From contig CAWFGE010000020.1 in assembly GCA_963815195.1 (NCBI GenBank), forward strand, positions 128,001-192,000: DNA of 64,000 bases. Reading direction: 5' to 3'. Positions 53,506-63,926 of the stretch are shown here, in pieces (position 1 is the first letter of the stretch; each line of letters begins with the position of its first letter). A program made the translations under genes and the position numbers. Under the pieces are notes generated by a model that was given only the letters and a program-made list of their open reading frames with translations, was not told the DNA's origin and searched no databases. This DNA comes from an uncultured Planctomycetaceae bacterium (GTDB lineage Bacteria > Planctomycetota > Planctomycetia > Planctomycetales > Planctomycetaceae).

Positions 53506-55255
53506 TTACTTCCGCATTTCGCTGACGTTCACAAACAGAACGCCGTTGTCGTCGGGAATGGTGTAGCTCCCGCTGATCGGCAGATACTTTTTCAAGGCTT
53601 CGAACGGCGGCAGCTTGCTGAGGGCGTTCTTGACCTCTTCGGGAACGTCCTCGGTCGCCTGTTTCAGGTTGCCTTTGCGAAGCTGCTCGTAGAGGAGCTT
53701 CATCTGCTCGTCCGTTTGCTGAAAGCTCAGCATCGACGTTTTTTCGGGAAACGTCTTGGCGAGTTGGCGGTAATCCGCGGATTCGGCGAGCGGTTTCTGC
53801 GTGCGGTCGCCGCGGAGCACCTGCTCGAGCAGCGGAATGTCGGTGGTGATCATCAACGAATCGTTGAACACGCAAATCGCGGCCTTGGTATCGGCGTTGC
53901 CGGTGTCGAATTCCACGATGGTCTCGCCGCGGAAGTTGCGGGTCTCGGCAGGGACGCCTTGAGTTTTGAGGATCTTGGCGATGAAGTCCCGCGTCTTCTT
54001 GGCGTCGCGGACGCCGACGGACACGAGCAGCCTGGGAACTTGTTGTTTCTCGAAGTCTTCCACCCCCTGGTTGACGACATAAATCCGTCCGTTGAGCTGA
54101 TCGAGAATGTCTTTCTTGATGTGGATTCCCGGTCCGCCCTGCCGCTGGGCCAGGTCGTCGATCATCCGCTCCAACGCCCCGGCCCCTTGGAAGGTATCGA
54201 CCAGGGTTTCCACGGCGTCGTAGGCTCCGTTCGCGTCCCAGTTGGCCGCCATGTAAGCCTGGGTTTTTTCGCCGACCCATTTGGGCGGGGTCAAATCCGC
54301 GGGCGGGAAATGGAACATGTTCAACAGGCCCTGCGGAGGCTGATCGACGTACAACATGGTCTTGGAGACGCCTTCGAAATCCGTCGACGGCCATGTCGCC
54401 CGCCCCGCCCATTCCGCGAAAGTCATTGAGGCCCAACAGCGGCAGAAAGCCCAAGGCCATCGCGGCTTTCGGGTTGCCTTCCGCGCCGGCGGTCACGGCG
54501 GCTCTCAAGGCTTCGATGGGATTGACGAACCATTGATAAATCGGCTCGCGATTGTCCGTCTTGCACTTCTCCATGATGGATTTGAAAACGCGGTTGTCGG
54601 CGAACGTCCGCGTGGACTTCCCGCCCCAGAGGGACAAGACCGATTCGAGTGCCGCGACATGCGAGCCGACCACAAGCTGCGTGTCTTTCACGAAGTAACA
54701 GAAGCTCGACTTGATCGGGCCTTTTTCCTCGGCGGCATTGGGCATCGTATACACCACGATGCGGGTCTTTTCGTATTCTTGGACCTTTCGGTCGGCGTTT
54801 TGGGCGTCCATCGCGTCTTCGAGTTTGGCGAGGAGCTTGTCGACCGTGTCTTCGCTTTTTCCGAAGTCCAAAAACGCGACCGCGGCTAATTTTTCCCGGG
54901 GCGGCTTCATCAAGGCGACCGCCACTTCGCCGGTGGGAATCTCCAAGAGATCCTTGACCTTCATCCCGCTCTGGGTCTCGAATTCGCGGGTGGCTTTTTC
55001 GATGACGTCTTCGATTTGTTTGCGAACATCCGCGAACGCGGGATCGGTTAGAATCTTGCTGGCTTGGGTTTTCTGCCAGCGGGCCTTAAATTCCGTCACG
55101 CTGGGAACGCTGAAGTAGACGTAAACATCCGAAGGCAGCACGCGGGCGCTGGGCAGGCTGTCCGCCCGCAACGCGGGTGCCTGCACAAAAGTCGCGGCCA
55201 CGAACGTGAGGAGGGCAAACATGCCGCCCCAGCGAAATGAATGGGCACATCTCAT
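53506..55255 (-). CDS. Secreted DUF3352-like hypothetical protein (frameshift near 54372)
   Basis: Signal peptide and globular sequence in ORF 53369..55255 up to GDMAVD, then continues DFEGVSKT...LPPFEALKKYL in ORF 53506..54426. Confidence 0.7.
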
Positions 55256-55510
55256 GGGATTGGTTGTCCTTCGTCAGAGGGAAAATACGAAGTGCATCAA
55301 GTCGTAAATCGTGTGTGAGAAAGGGATTGCAAAACCCGAATCCGGTCTCGCGGGAAACAAGCGCGCACGTTTTTCGCGGTGCCTCTTCCCGAATACCCCG
55401 GCACGAACGGTCCGGTTTCGGAAATCTTCGCAAAACGGTCGGGCCGTTCCGCATTTGTTCATTCCATGTCAGTCGTTCCCAAAAACTCGGAAAAGGATTT
55501 TCATTTCTTT

Positions 55511-55617
55511 AGAGCCGCAAGAAGTAAGCGGTTTTTTGAATTCAGAGATCGCAAGACCGCTTACTTCGTGCGCGGCTCTCACCGGAGACCGCTTACTTCG
55601 TGCGCGGCTCTCACCGG
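55511..55617. repeat. REP-like family H: one left arm and a tandem 32-bp duplication of the right arm
   Basis: agagccgcaagaagtaagcggt at 55511; agaccgcttacttcgtgcgcggctctcaccgg at 55554-55585 and 55586-55617. Confidence 0.9.
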
Positions 55618-56156
55618 GCCGCGCGGGAGCCGATGGTCGTCAGGGCCGCCTCGACCTGGTTGCGGGCGTCGCGGGCTTCCAGAATGGTCTGGCGGAACAC
55701 GTTGGGCCGGGGAACTCCCGCGAGCGTCAGGGCCGTGTGCCCGCCCGCATCCAGAACCTTGAGGTCGGCCGCGTGGAAAAACTCCTGGCCGTTGTGTTGC
55801 TCGATTTCGATTCCGGCGACTTGAGCCAGCGGCACTTCCCCGATCAGCCTCGCCCCGATGGAACTCCAGATTTGCATCGAACGATTCGTCAGCACGTAAC
55901 GTTCGCCGAACGCCTTTAACATGAAATATCCGCCCAATCCCCCGAGCGCCGCGAAAGTAATCAACAAAAGATTGATCGGCAACAACACCAGCCCCAGCAA
56001 GGACGCGGGCAACGAGGCGTGGCTCACAAACGGCAAGGGGATCAGCGTCATCATCCGGCCGATGACCTGTCCGGGGAAGTCGGCGGCAATGGAGGGATAG
56101 AGCACCATCACCAGGTTTTCGGGTTCGGTTCGGGGTTGCAACGTGGTTGCGGCCAT
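55611..56156 (-). CDS. Bacterial PH domain (bPH_2-like) membrane protein
   Basis: TM segments then RYVLTNRS...QEFFHAADL...LAGVPRPNVFRQTILEA. Confidence 0.7.
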   Translation of the reverse strand: MAATTLQPRTEPENLVMVLYPSIAADFPGQVIGRMMTLIPLPFVSHASLPASLLGLVLLPINLLLITFAALGGLGGYFMLKAFGERYVLTNRSMQIWSSIGARLIGEVPLAQVAGIEIEQHNGQEFFHAADLKVLDAGGHTALTLAGVPRPNVFRQTILEARDARNQVEAALTTIGSRAAR

Positions 56157-56269
56157 CGTCGGGAAATCTCCGTGTGTATTCAAAAACGTCTCACAGCCAG
56201 AGTCGGAAAAAGTATGCTAGCCAAGCCACTCCCGGAATGCCAGTGCCCCGGAGCACTTGAGCGGCTGGT

Positions 56270-57688
56270 CTATCGGCCCTTTTTTGCCGGGCCTTCGCCC
56301 AACGAGCGGATCGGCCAGAGGGCCGACGGCGTGTGGGCTTTCTGGAAGAGTTGTTTCGCTTTGGCCACCTGTTCGGGATGCTCGCCGGCGATGTTTTTCG
56401 TTTCGCCGGGGTCGCTGTCCAAATTGTAAAGTTCAATCGGACTGTCCGCGTTTTTCTGAAGGTCGAGTTGCACGGCTTTCCAAGGGCCGAACCGCACCGC
56501 CCGCTTGCCGCCTCGCTCGTGGAACTCCCAGTAGAGGTCATCGTGGTGCTTCTGCTGTTCCGGATGTCCGAGCAGCGTCGGCACGAGGGAAAGGCCGTCG
56601 ATGTCCGCAGGCGGAGTCACCCCGGCCAGATCGCACAACGTCGGCAGGATGTCCCAATGGGCGGAGATCAGATCGGTCTGCGTCCCGGGGGCGATTTTGC
56701 CGGGCCAGCGGGCCAAGAGCACGTTGCGAATTCCGCCTTCGTACACATCCCGCTTGAACCCGCGAAACGGGCCGTTGCTGTCGAAAAACTCCGGATCGTG
56801 CCCGCCTTCCAGGTGCGGACCGTTGTCGGAACTGAGCATGACCAAAGTGTTCTCGTCAATTTTGAGATCCTGGAGCAAATCGAGCAACCGGCCCACGTCT
56901 TCATCCGCGTGCGTCATCATCCCCGCAAAACCCGCGATGGGATTTTTGACCAGGGGTCCCGCGTAATTGCCGACTTTGTCGTCGAACTGGGCAAACTTCT
57001 TGCGGAACGGGGCCACATACTTTTCCGGCGAATGCATCGCCGCGTGCGGAATCGTGACCGGTAAATAACAAAAGAACGGCCCGTCTTGATGTTTTTTGAT
57101 GAACGCGAGCGCCTGGTCCATAATCAGGTCGTGCGAATAGGTCTTGCCGTCCAAGGGGACCTTTTCCAGGTTATGCCACAAGTGGTTCGGGTAATAGTTG
57201 TGGGCCTCGCGCTGGCAGTTGTAGCCGAAGAACTCGTCGAATCCCTGATGCACCGGGTCGCCTTCGGAGCCCGGCGAACCCAGGCCCCACTTGCCGAACG
57301 CCCCGGTGGCGTAGCCCGCTTTTTTCAAAAGCTCCGGCAGCGTGACGGTCTCGGCGGGAATCGGCTGCTGGCCTTCGGGTTTGACTTCCTTGTTCCCGCG
57401 AACGAACGAATGCCCGGTGTGATAGCCCGTCATCAACGAGCACCGCGTCGGCGCGCACACCGTGCTGCCCGAATAGTGCTGCGTGAACTGTTTCCCCTCG
57501 CGGGCCAGGCGGTCGATGTTCGGCGTCTGGAATTTCGTCTGCCCGTAACAGGAGAAATCTCCATACCCGGCATCGTCGAGCAGGATGAACACGAAATTCG
57601 GCTTCGCCCCCTCGGCAAAATCGATCCCCCCCAAGATCAATCCGAGCACGGCCAACAACTGAAAACAACGAATCACAACAAACCTCAT
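56270..57688 (-). CDS. Arylsulfatase (Cys-type)
   Basis: KPNFVFILLDDAGYGD, VCAPTRCSLMTG, FGKWGLG, SSDNGPH, YEGGIR. Confidence 0.95.
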   Translation of the reverse strand: MRFVVIRCFQLLAVLGLILGGIDFAEGAKPNFVFILLDDAGYGDFSCYGQTKFQTPNIDRLAREGKQFTQHYSGSTVCAPTRCSLMTGYHTGHSFVRGNKEVKPEGQQPIPAETVTLPELLKKAGYATGAFGKWGLGSPGSEGDPVHQGFDEFFGYNCQREAHNYYPNHLWHNLEKVPLDGKTYSHDLIMDQALAFIKKHQDGPFFCYLPVTIPHAAMHSPEKYVAPFRKKFAQFDDKVGNYAGPLVKNPIAGFAGMMTHADEDVGRLLDLLQDLKIDENTLVMLSSDNGPHLEGGHDPEFFDSNGPFRGFKRDVYEGGIRNVLLARWPGKIAPGTQTDLISAHWDILPTLCDLAGVTPPADIDGLSLVPTLLGHPEQQKHHDDLYWEFHERGGKRAVRFGPWKAVQLDLQKNADSPIELYNLDSDPGETKNIAGEHPEQVAKAKQLFQKAHTPSALWPIRSLGEGPAKKGR

Positions 57689-58061
57689 CGCTTGAACGAA
57701 CGAAACGCTTCCGACGCATGTTGCCATCTTACCACACCGCGCCCGAAGTCGGCGACTCGGCCAAAGCCCGCCCGGAAAAAATGATGCGTTTCCTCCACGC
57801 GCGTTTGCGTCCCTGTGGGAAAAAATCCCGCCAGTGTGTCATTGTTCGTCAGGCCGGAAACTCCAGGAAGTAAACGCCGGGGAGATTTTGGAGATCTCTC
57901 AAAAATCCAGCGCACATGCGCGGATTGAGTATTAGGATTGCTTGAGTTCCCATTGCGTCCATCCGGTCCCGTCGCTGCAGACCGGTGGCGTTTCCGCCGA
58001 GAACTTCGCAGAGGTCGGCCCGCACCGCAATCTCCTTGGACGCACAACCCGACGCCGCTCA

Positions 58062-59355
58062 ATGACCGCTCAAACTTTGCCTTTCCCGGAAACATTGGCC
58101 GTTGACGCGGACCAACTGATCGTCGGGCGCAATGCCGGCTTCGACATTCACGACGACCGCGGATCGCTGGTGTTGTCCGCGGGGGAAACCGTCACCGAGG
58201 AGTTTCTCGATCGGCTCAACGAGCAAAAGCAAACACCGCTCATGCTTCAGCCCGAAGACGCTTTGGCCTTGTGCACGCCCGCCGAAGACGAGACCTTCAT
58301 CCATCTGGACGGCGACGCAACGAGCCGGCTGGAGGCGACCCTCGATCACGGGTGGCTGTTTGTCAGCGACAAAGCGATGTCCCTGCATGAGACGACGGTG
58401 CTGCACGGTTGCTACGCCTACAATCAGAAGACCCGCGAGCAGTTGATGGCGACGCACCGCGAGTCCGCGAAAGCCCTGGCGGACATGATGAAACAAGTCG
58501 CTTCCGGAGCGCAGCCCGCCTACGAGAGCATCGTCACGCTCACCGCCGAGTATCTGACGGCGATGACGAAAGACACGGACAGGGTGGTCTCCGTGGCCGC
58601 GGAGGCCGGGCAGGATCCGCATTTGTCGCGGCAGTGCGTCAACATGGCGGTGTTGGCGATGGCGATGGCGGCGGAAATGGGCTACGGCGAAAATAGCGTG
58701 AGCACGATCGGCATTTGCGGGCTGGTTCACGATTGGGGCATGATCCGCGTGCCGGAGCCGATCCGCAACTCGCCCCGCAAACTCACGGATGAGGAGTTCT
58801 TCGAAATCAAAAAGCACCCCATTTACACGATGGACATGCTCGAGCACATCGAAGGCTTGCCCGGCGTGATTCCCCGCGTCTGCTACCAGGTGCACGAACA
58901 GCCGAACGGCCAAGGCTACCCGCGCGGGCGAAAGCGGGAACGCCTCCACAACTTCTCGCTGATCCTGGGAGCCGCGAGCGCTTTTTCGGCCCTCGTCGCC
59001 AAGCGGCCGCATCGTCCCGCGCTCATGCCGTATGCGGCGATGGAGAGCTTATTCTACATGGTGAAAAACGGCATCCTGGACCGCGAACCGGTCGAGGCCT
59101 TGCTCCAGATCCAGACGCTGTTCCCGATCGGCAGTTACGTGAAGCTCAGCGACGGCACCCTCGCTCAAACCGTCGGCCGGAATGGAAACGATTACGCGTT
59201 GCCCCTCGTCCGCCGCGTCGCGATTGGCGAGTCCGCCGGTGCCCTGAAGCCGGAGATCATCAACCTCCAGAAAGCGGGCCTGACCGTGGAATTGGCCCTG
59301 CCCACGCCCGGCCAAGGCGACATGCCCTGCGCCGGACATGACGCTGTTCTGGTAA
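58062..59355 (+). CDS. HD-GYP domain protein, degenerate active site (frameshift near 59328; probable true end ...DMTLFW*)
   Basis: GLVHDWGM, IKKHP, HEQPNGQGYPRG, LFPIGSYVKLSDG; TAA at 59353-59355 in the shifted frame. Confidence 0.82.
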
Positions 59356-59383
59356 CGGGGTTGTCTCGTGACGGACGCAAAAC

Positions 59384-59437
59384 GAGCCGCGCACGAAGTA
59401 AGCGGACTCGAACAGCCGCTTACTTCGTGCGCGGCTC
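59384..59437. repeat. REP-like doublet, family H
   Basis: gagccgcgcacgaagtaagcgg / ccgcttacttcgtgcgcggctc, perfect 22-bp arms. Confidence 0.9.
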
Positions 59438-59480
59438 TTCGAGAAGTCCCCGAACGTGTCGCGTGCTTGCGAGAACGGGG

Positions 59481-60758
59481 CTACTTCGGATAGGGGGCGA
59501 TTTCGAGATGGCGGTATTCCACGTCGGTCGTCTCATCGTGGCCTTGCAGGCTGATGTGCCCGGCTTTGAGGCGCCGGCCCCGGCGGGGGTTTTCATCCGG
59601 TTTGCGGTCGTCTTCCCAAATGGCGACCGGATAACCATTGACCCACGTCGCAAACCGCGGGCCGGCCGCGACCAGCGTGAGATTGCACCATTCGTGATCT
59701 TTGGACACGACCTCGCGGGGCGCGGCCCGGCGGAAAATCCCCCCGGTGCGGTCGCCGAGGTATTCCTTGGAGTCCTTTGGATTGGCCGCGTTCTGCACCT
59801 GGAGTTCGTAGCCGTTGATAGACTGGCCTTCTTCGCCCGGCAGGCCGCGAAAGAAAATCCCGCTGTTGGAACCGTCGGTTTTGGTCATCGCCTGCGCCTC
59901 GAACACAAAATCGCCCCAGGTGCCGTCGGTTGCCAGAAAGCCCAATCCATCTTTCACATGGATCGCCCCGCTGTCCACGTCAAACTGGCTTTGGGAGCCA
60001 GGCACGACATGCCAACCGCCGAGATCTTTTCCGTTGAAAAGTGGCTTCGTTCCCAAGGGTTTGAGGGCGATGTTCCGGAACTCGATTTTGCCTGCGTTCT
60101 TCTGCAGGCCGATCCGCCCGGACAACCGGACGTGCTCGGATGTGTCGGTGAAGTCGAGAACGTCTTCCTCGCCGAAGCTGGCTTGGATTCGCGGACCCTG
60201 CACCCTGACGTGCACGGGCACCCATTGGTTGTCGTTCAAAAGCGGTTGCGGGACTTTCTTCCGGGCGACGAGGCTGCCGGTGGGAAAGTCCTCGTGGTTT
60301 TCGCAGAGGTTGAGTTCGTAGCAATCCACCTTAGGGTCCTTGGGGTTGGGGATCGTCCGCAAAAACACGCCGCTGTTGCCGTCTTTCGCGAGGCGGTATT
60401 CGCAGCGGAACTCATAATCGGCAAACGGGACATAGGTCATCAGCAAACCGATGTTGCCGGCGTCGGCCGTGATCACGCCGTCCTTCACCGTCCAATTGAC
60501 GGCCTCGGGCTTTCCGGCGTCGTCGGGTTCCCAGCCGAACAGCGTTTTCCCGTCGAACAACTCAATCCAGCCGGCGTCGATTTCCGCTTTCGTGGGCGGA
60601 GCCAGCGGCTTGAAGGCCGGTTGCCTCGGCTGCGGGACCTCGGGATGATTGCCCGCCGATTCCTGCGTCGCCGAACCCGTTTTCGCGGTCTCTTCCGCCG
60701 GCTTGCCTTGGCACCCGATCATCCCGGCCAACAAGACGAATACTACCCATTCCCGCAT
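59481..60758 (-). CDS. Tandem DUF1080 (3-keto-disaccharide hydrolase-like) lipoprotein
   Basis: MIG-C lipobox; LFDGKTLFGW...GNSGVFLR...IEFRNI and LFNGKDLGGW...NSGIFFR...GHISLQGHD. Confidence 0.92.
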   Translation of the reverse strand: MREWVVFVLLAGMIGCQGKPAEETAKTGSATQESAGNHPEVPQPRQPAFKPLAPPTKAEIDAGWIELFDGKTLFGWEPDDAGKPEAVNWTVKDGVITADAGNIGLLMTYVPFADYEFRCEYRLAKDGNSGVFLRTIPNPKDPKVDCYELNLCENHEDFPTGSLVARKKVPQPLLNDNQWVPVHVRVQGPRIQASFGEEDVLDFTDTSEHVRLSGRIGLQKNAGKIEFRNIALKPLGTKPLFNGKDLGGWHVVPGSQSQFDVDSGAIHVKDGLGFLATDGTWGDFVFEAQAMTKTDGSNSGIFFRGLPGEEGQSINGYELQVQNAANPKDSKEYLGDRTGGIFRRAAPREVVSKDHEWCNLTLVAAGPRFATWVNGYPVAIWEDDRKPDENPRRGRRLKAGHISLQGHDETTDVEYRHLEIAPYPK

Positions 60759-60797
60759 GGTGTTCTCCCTGCCTTTCACTTCTTGATCCTCAAACGG

Positions 60798-60942
60798 TAA
60801 GGACCATTCGAGAAATAACTGTCTAAATATCAGCCGGAACGCGCTCGTGTCCGGTTCTTCCCATGAACCGGGGCGGACCACCCTGCGGGCGGTGCCCGCC
60901 TGCGGCTAATGAATCGGGCAATTGTTGATCGAGCGATCCTAA
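60798..60942. mobile_element. Second copy of the TA-flanked MITE-like element, with a nested ~20-bp hairpin insertion
   Basis: taaggaccattcgagaaataactgtc ... caattgttgatcgagcgatcctaa; extra gaccaccctgcgggcggtgccc inside the right REP arm. Confidence 0.65.
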
Positions 60943-61018
60943 GCGAATTCTGTTGAATAACGTTCCACCCGCGACGAAACAAGGGGACCACGGAGAATCC
61001 ACCGCAGTCGTTTCGCGA

Positions 61019-62470
61019 TCAGATGTAGTATTCGATGACGTGCTCTTCCTCGACGGACATGCGGTAATCGCGGCCGGGCTCGGCGGGGACGGATTCTTCC
61101 AGCATGATCTGGGCCACCCGCATCGCCTGGCCGCGAAGCTCCGGGACGGCGGTGGTTTCCCACAGCGTGCCTTTCATCAACGGGCCGATGGCATATAGAA
61201 ACTCCGAAGGCGCGCCTGCGCGGTCGATCACTGCAAAATCCGCCCCGATGTCGATGCCCAGATCCAATTCGTCCGGGCGAATCAGGCCGCGATTGAGCAG
61301 GTTTTGAAACAAAGGCACCTGGGTTCCCGAAAACCCCGCGCACGGCCCCGTGCAGTTGATGATCAGACCGCCCGGCAGCGTGTGCTTCTCGCCGGTGCGG
61401 TCTTCCCAGACCACGCCCGCGTCCTCGCCTTGGTCTTCTAATTGAATGACGTTGCCTTTGACGATGCGGAGCCTGCCTTCGGTGATGGCTTCGGTCAGCC
61501 GCTGGTGAATCGGCTGGGCGATGCGGTGGCGAATGACATTCCACCGGGCCGCATACCGGCTGAGGAACGTCCGCTTCTCCTCCACGGAAAGCCGTTGCCA
61601 GATCCGCTGCGTGAACGGGCGGAGCCGATCCACCAGGAGTCCGGGATTTTCGCCCAACCGCCGGAGCCGCTCGCAATGGTCCTCGAGCAATTCGACGAGC
61701 TGCTCCAAAGGCAGCTCTTCGGGATTCTCGGGAAGGAAGTCGGGATATTCGATGCCGCGGAAGTGCGACTGGGGGACCATGCCGTTGCGGGAGACGGCCA
61801 CCAATCGTCCCGGCCAACCCAGCTCGGACAGCGTGAGAAACACGTCCACCATCGTCAGTCCCGTGCCGAGCACGACGATGTCCTTCCCGGCCGGCGGGAG
61901 CTTCTTTTGCCAGTCCTGCCAGGGGTCGGCACAGTAGACCGCGTGCGAGAACGCTTGGCCCTCCCCGCCGATCGCCGCGGGCGGCTGGTTCCCGGTGGCC
62001 AGCAACACGCGATCCGCACGCCGGCTGGCCCCGCTTTGAAGCAGGACTTCGGCGCGACCGTCTTCCTCGGCGGCGATGTCGGTGACCTCATCTTCGATGA
62101 CCGTGACCGTCGCCGGGTGGTGCTCGTCGATGGGATGCAGATAATTCAATAGCAGCCCGCGCAGATAATCGCCGTACACCCGCCGGGGAGCGAACGTCTC
62201 GCGGAGCTGCGGTTCGGGCAGGTCGCGGTATTCCACCCGCGTTCTGAGCCAATCCAGAAAATGGTCGGGATGATCCGGCACCGCGGACATGTTTCGCGCG
62301 GCGACATTGAGCAAGTGCTCAAGCCGATTCGTCCCGTAAGCCACGCCCCGGCCCAACGGATACCGCGAATTGATGAGCAAAACGTGCAGCGGAGTGTTGC
62401 TCAGCCGGGCCAGGTTGACGGCCGCCATCGTTCCGCTGAATCCTCCGCCGACGATCGCCACCGTTTTCAT
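61019..62470 (-). CDS. FAD/NAD(P)-binding oxidoreductase (YdhS/COG4529-like)
   Basis: VAIVGGGFSG, GRGVAY, HLLNVAARNMSA, FAPRRVYGDYL, LGTGLTMVD, WETTAVPELRGQA. Confidence 0.9.
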   Translation of the reverse strand: MKTVAIVGGGFSGTMAAVNLARLSNTPLHVLLINSRYPLGRGVAYGTNRLEHLLNVAARNMSAVPDHPDHFLDWLRTRVEYRDLPEPQLRETFAPRRVYGDYLRGLLLNYLHPIDEHHPATVTVIEDEVTDIAAEEDGRAEVLLQSGASRRADRVLLATGNQPPAAIGGEGQAFSHAVYCADPWQDWQKKLPPAGKDIVVLGTGLTMVDVFLTLSELGWPGRLVAVSRNGMVPQSHFRGIEYPDFLPENPEELPLEQLVELLEDHCERLRRLGENPGLLVDRLRPFTQRIWQRLSVEEKRTFLSRYAARWNVIRHRIAQPIHQRLTEAITEGRLRIVKGNVIQLEDQGEDAGVVWEDRTGEKHTLPGGLIINCTGPCAGFSGTQVPLFQNLLNRGLIRPDELDLGIDIGADFAVIDRAGAPSEFLYAIGPLMKGTLWETTAVPELRGQAMRVAQIMLEESVPAEPGRDYRMSVEEEHVIEYYI

Positions 62471-62661
62471 CGCCTGCCGTCCTTTGGTCAAATTCGTACG
62501 AGATAAACGGACCGCGCCGGATCGCCGCCGCGTCCCCCTCCAACACATCGAGTGCTCCTATCAAACCACAAACGCGGCGAATTGTTAAGCATCGATCGCC
62601 AAATAACTGTCCTCGGCATTCCAACGAGCTTCGGAATGGGGGCCCGAGCGTCACCGAATTC

Positions 62662-62705
62662 AAAAAGGGCGCCCGCGGAATCGAACACGACATCCGCGAC
62701 CGCCC
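62662..62705 (-). terminator. Intrinsic terminator downstream of the esterase gene
   Basis: On the minus strand gggcggtcgcgga...tccgcgggcgccc followed by TTTTT. Confidence 0.6.
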
Positions 62706-62744
62706 GATTTGAGTACGCCCTTGCAGATTTTGCACGAGGTTTCG

Positions 62745-63926
62745 CTAGGGGACGCGAAAATTGAGATCGATGGTTCTGGCGCCTTGGAGGGTATCTTCGG
62801 AGACTTCAAACACCTCCACGTCTTCAATCGTAGGCCGGGGTTCCACAGAGCCGAGGTTGCAGACGCGGACTTCATTGAGTCCCTCGACCGGGCCTTCGCT
62901 TTCCGCCAGTTGATACTTGCCGTTGCGGATGCGGGCGACGGCGGCGGGGGCGTTCGGAACGGTTTTGGAAACAAACGTGATGCTCCCGAAGCCGATGGGT
63001 TTTCCGTCCACGGTGACGGTGCCGCCGACCGCCGCGCGTTTGACCGGGCCGCTGAGGAAGCCGGAGTTCTTGAGCCAATCGGCGAGGCGCTCCTTCCAGG
63101 TGGAGAGCCCGGGCCGGCCGGGGGCCAAGCCCACGCCGTGGGGCCCGTCTTGATAGATGTGCAATTCGGCCGGGACCTTGGCTTTCCGCAGGGCCTGGTA
63201 AAACGCCAGGCTGTTTTCCACGGGGACGCCGGCGTCGGCGCCGGTGTGGAACAAGAAGGTCGGCGGCGTCTCGGCCGTGACTTGCTTTTCGTTCGAAAGA
63301 TTCTCGACGAGTTTCGGATCGGGATTTGGGCCGAGCAAGTTCCGCTTCGACCCCGAATGTCCGAAGGATTCCGTAAAGCTGATGACCGGATAACACAGCA
63401 CGGCAAAATCGGGCCGGCAGCTTTCGCGCTCGATGGGATCGTCGCTGTTCGGGTCGCCCGCGTCGAAATGGGTCGCCACGGTCGAAGCCAGATGCCCGCC
63501 CGCGGAAAACCCCATGATGCCCAAGCGGTGCGGATCGATCTTCCATTCCTTGGCGTGCGCCCGGACGTAGCGCATGGCTCGCTGGGCATCCTGGAGCGGC
63601 GCGGGATGCTGATACCGCCGGCCCAGGCGGTACTTCAAAACAAACCCCGCCACGCCGATGCGATTGAGCCACTTCGCGACCTGATGCCCTTCGTGATCCA
63701 TCGCGAGCGCCCCGTAGCCGCCGCCCGGGCAGATCACAATTCCCGCTCCCGTGGCTTGGGCCTCTTCCGGGAGATACACCCGCAGTTCGGGAATATCCGC
63801 GGGCTCGTTGCCCACCGCTCCGGGGGCTCCGTCCGGCCAAAGCTTCAAAGGCTCGGGCCCTGCCGCCATTCCCATTTGCCCCCACGCCAACACCAACACC
63901 AATCCGCACAGGATTCGAGTTCTCAT
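62745..63926 (-). CDS. Secreted alpha/beta hydrolase (BD-FAE/acetyl-esterase type) fused to a C-terminal carboxypeptidase-regulatory-like domain
   Basis: ICPGGGY, GFSAGGHLA, HGVGL; tail VGGTVTVDGKPIGFGSITF...NGKYQL...GPVEGLNEVRV. Confidence 0.9.
   Translation of the reverse strand: MRTRILCGLVLVLAWGQMGMAAGPEPLKLWPDGAPGAVGNEPADIPELRVYLPEEAQATGAGIVICPGGGYGALAMDHEGHQVAKWLNRIGVAGFVLKYRLGRRYQHPAPLQDAQRAMRYVRAHAKEWKIDPHRLGIMGFSAGGHLASTVATHFDAGDPNSDDPIERESCRPDFAVLCYPVISFTESFGHSGSKRNLLGPNPDPKLVENLSNEKQVTAETPPTFLFHTGADAGVPVENSLAFYQALRKAKVPAELHIYQDGPHGVGLAPGRPGLSTWKERLADWLKNSGFLSGPVKRAAVGGTVTVDGKPIGFGSITFVSKTVPNAPAAVARIRNGKYQLAESEGPVEGLNEVRVCNLGSVEPRPTIEDVEVFEVSEDTLQGARTIDLNFRVP

Noticed and set aside
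55554..55617. Possible mini-CRISPR (32-bp repeats)
   Set aside because: The units are adjacent with no spacer and match a REP arm also found at 59416-59437.
57942..60800. 952-aa ORF as a giant HD-GYP fusion
   Set aside because: After ~59328 it reads through a REP and the antisense strand of the DUF1080 gene; a frameshift restores a stop at 59355.
62471..62744. SAM riboswitch upstream of the FAD-binding gene
   Set aside because: No SAM-I core consensus; the main hairpin is explained as the terminator of the upstream esterase gene.
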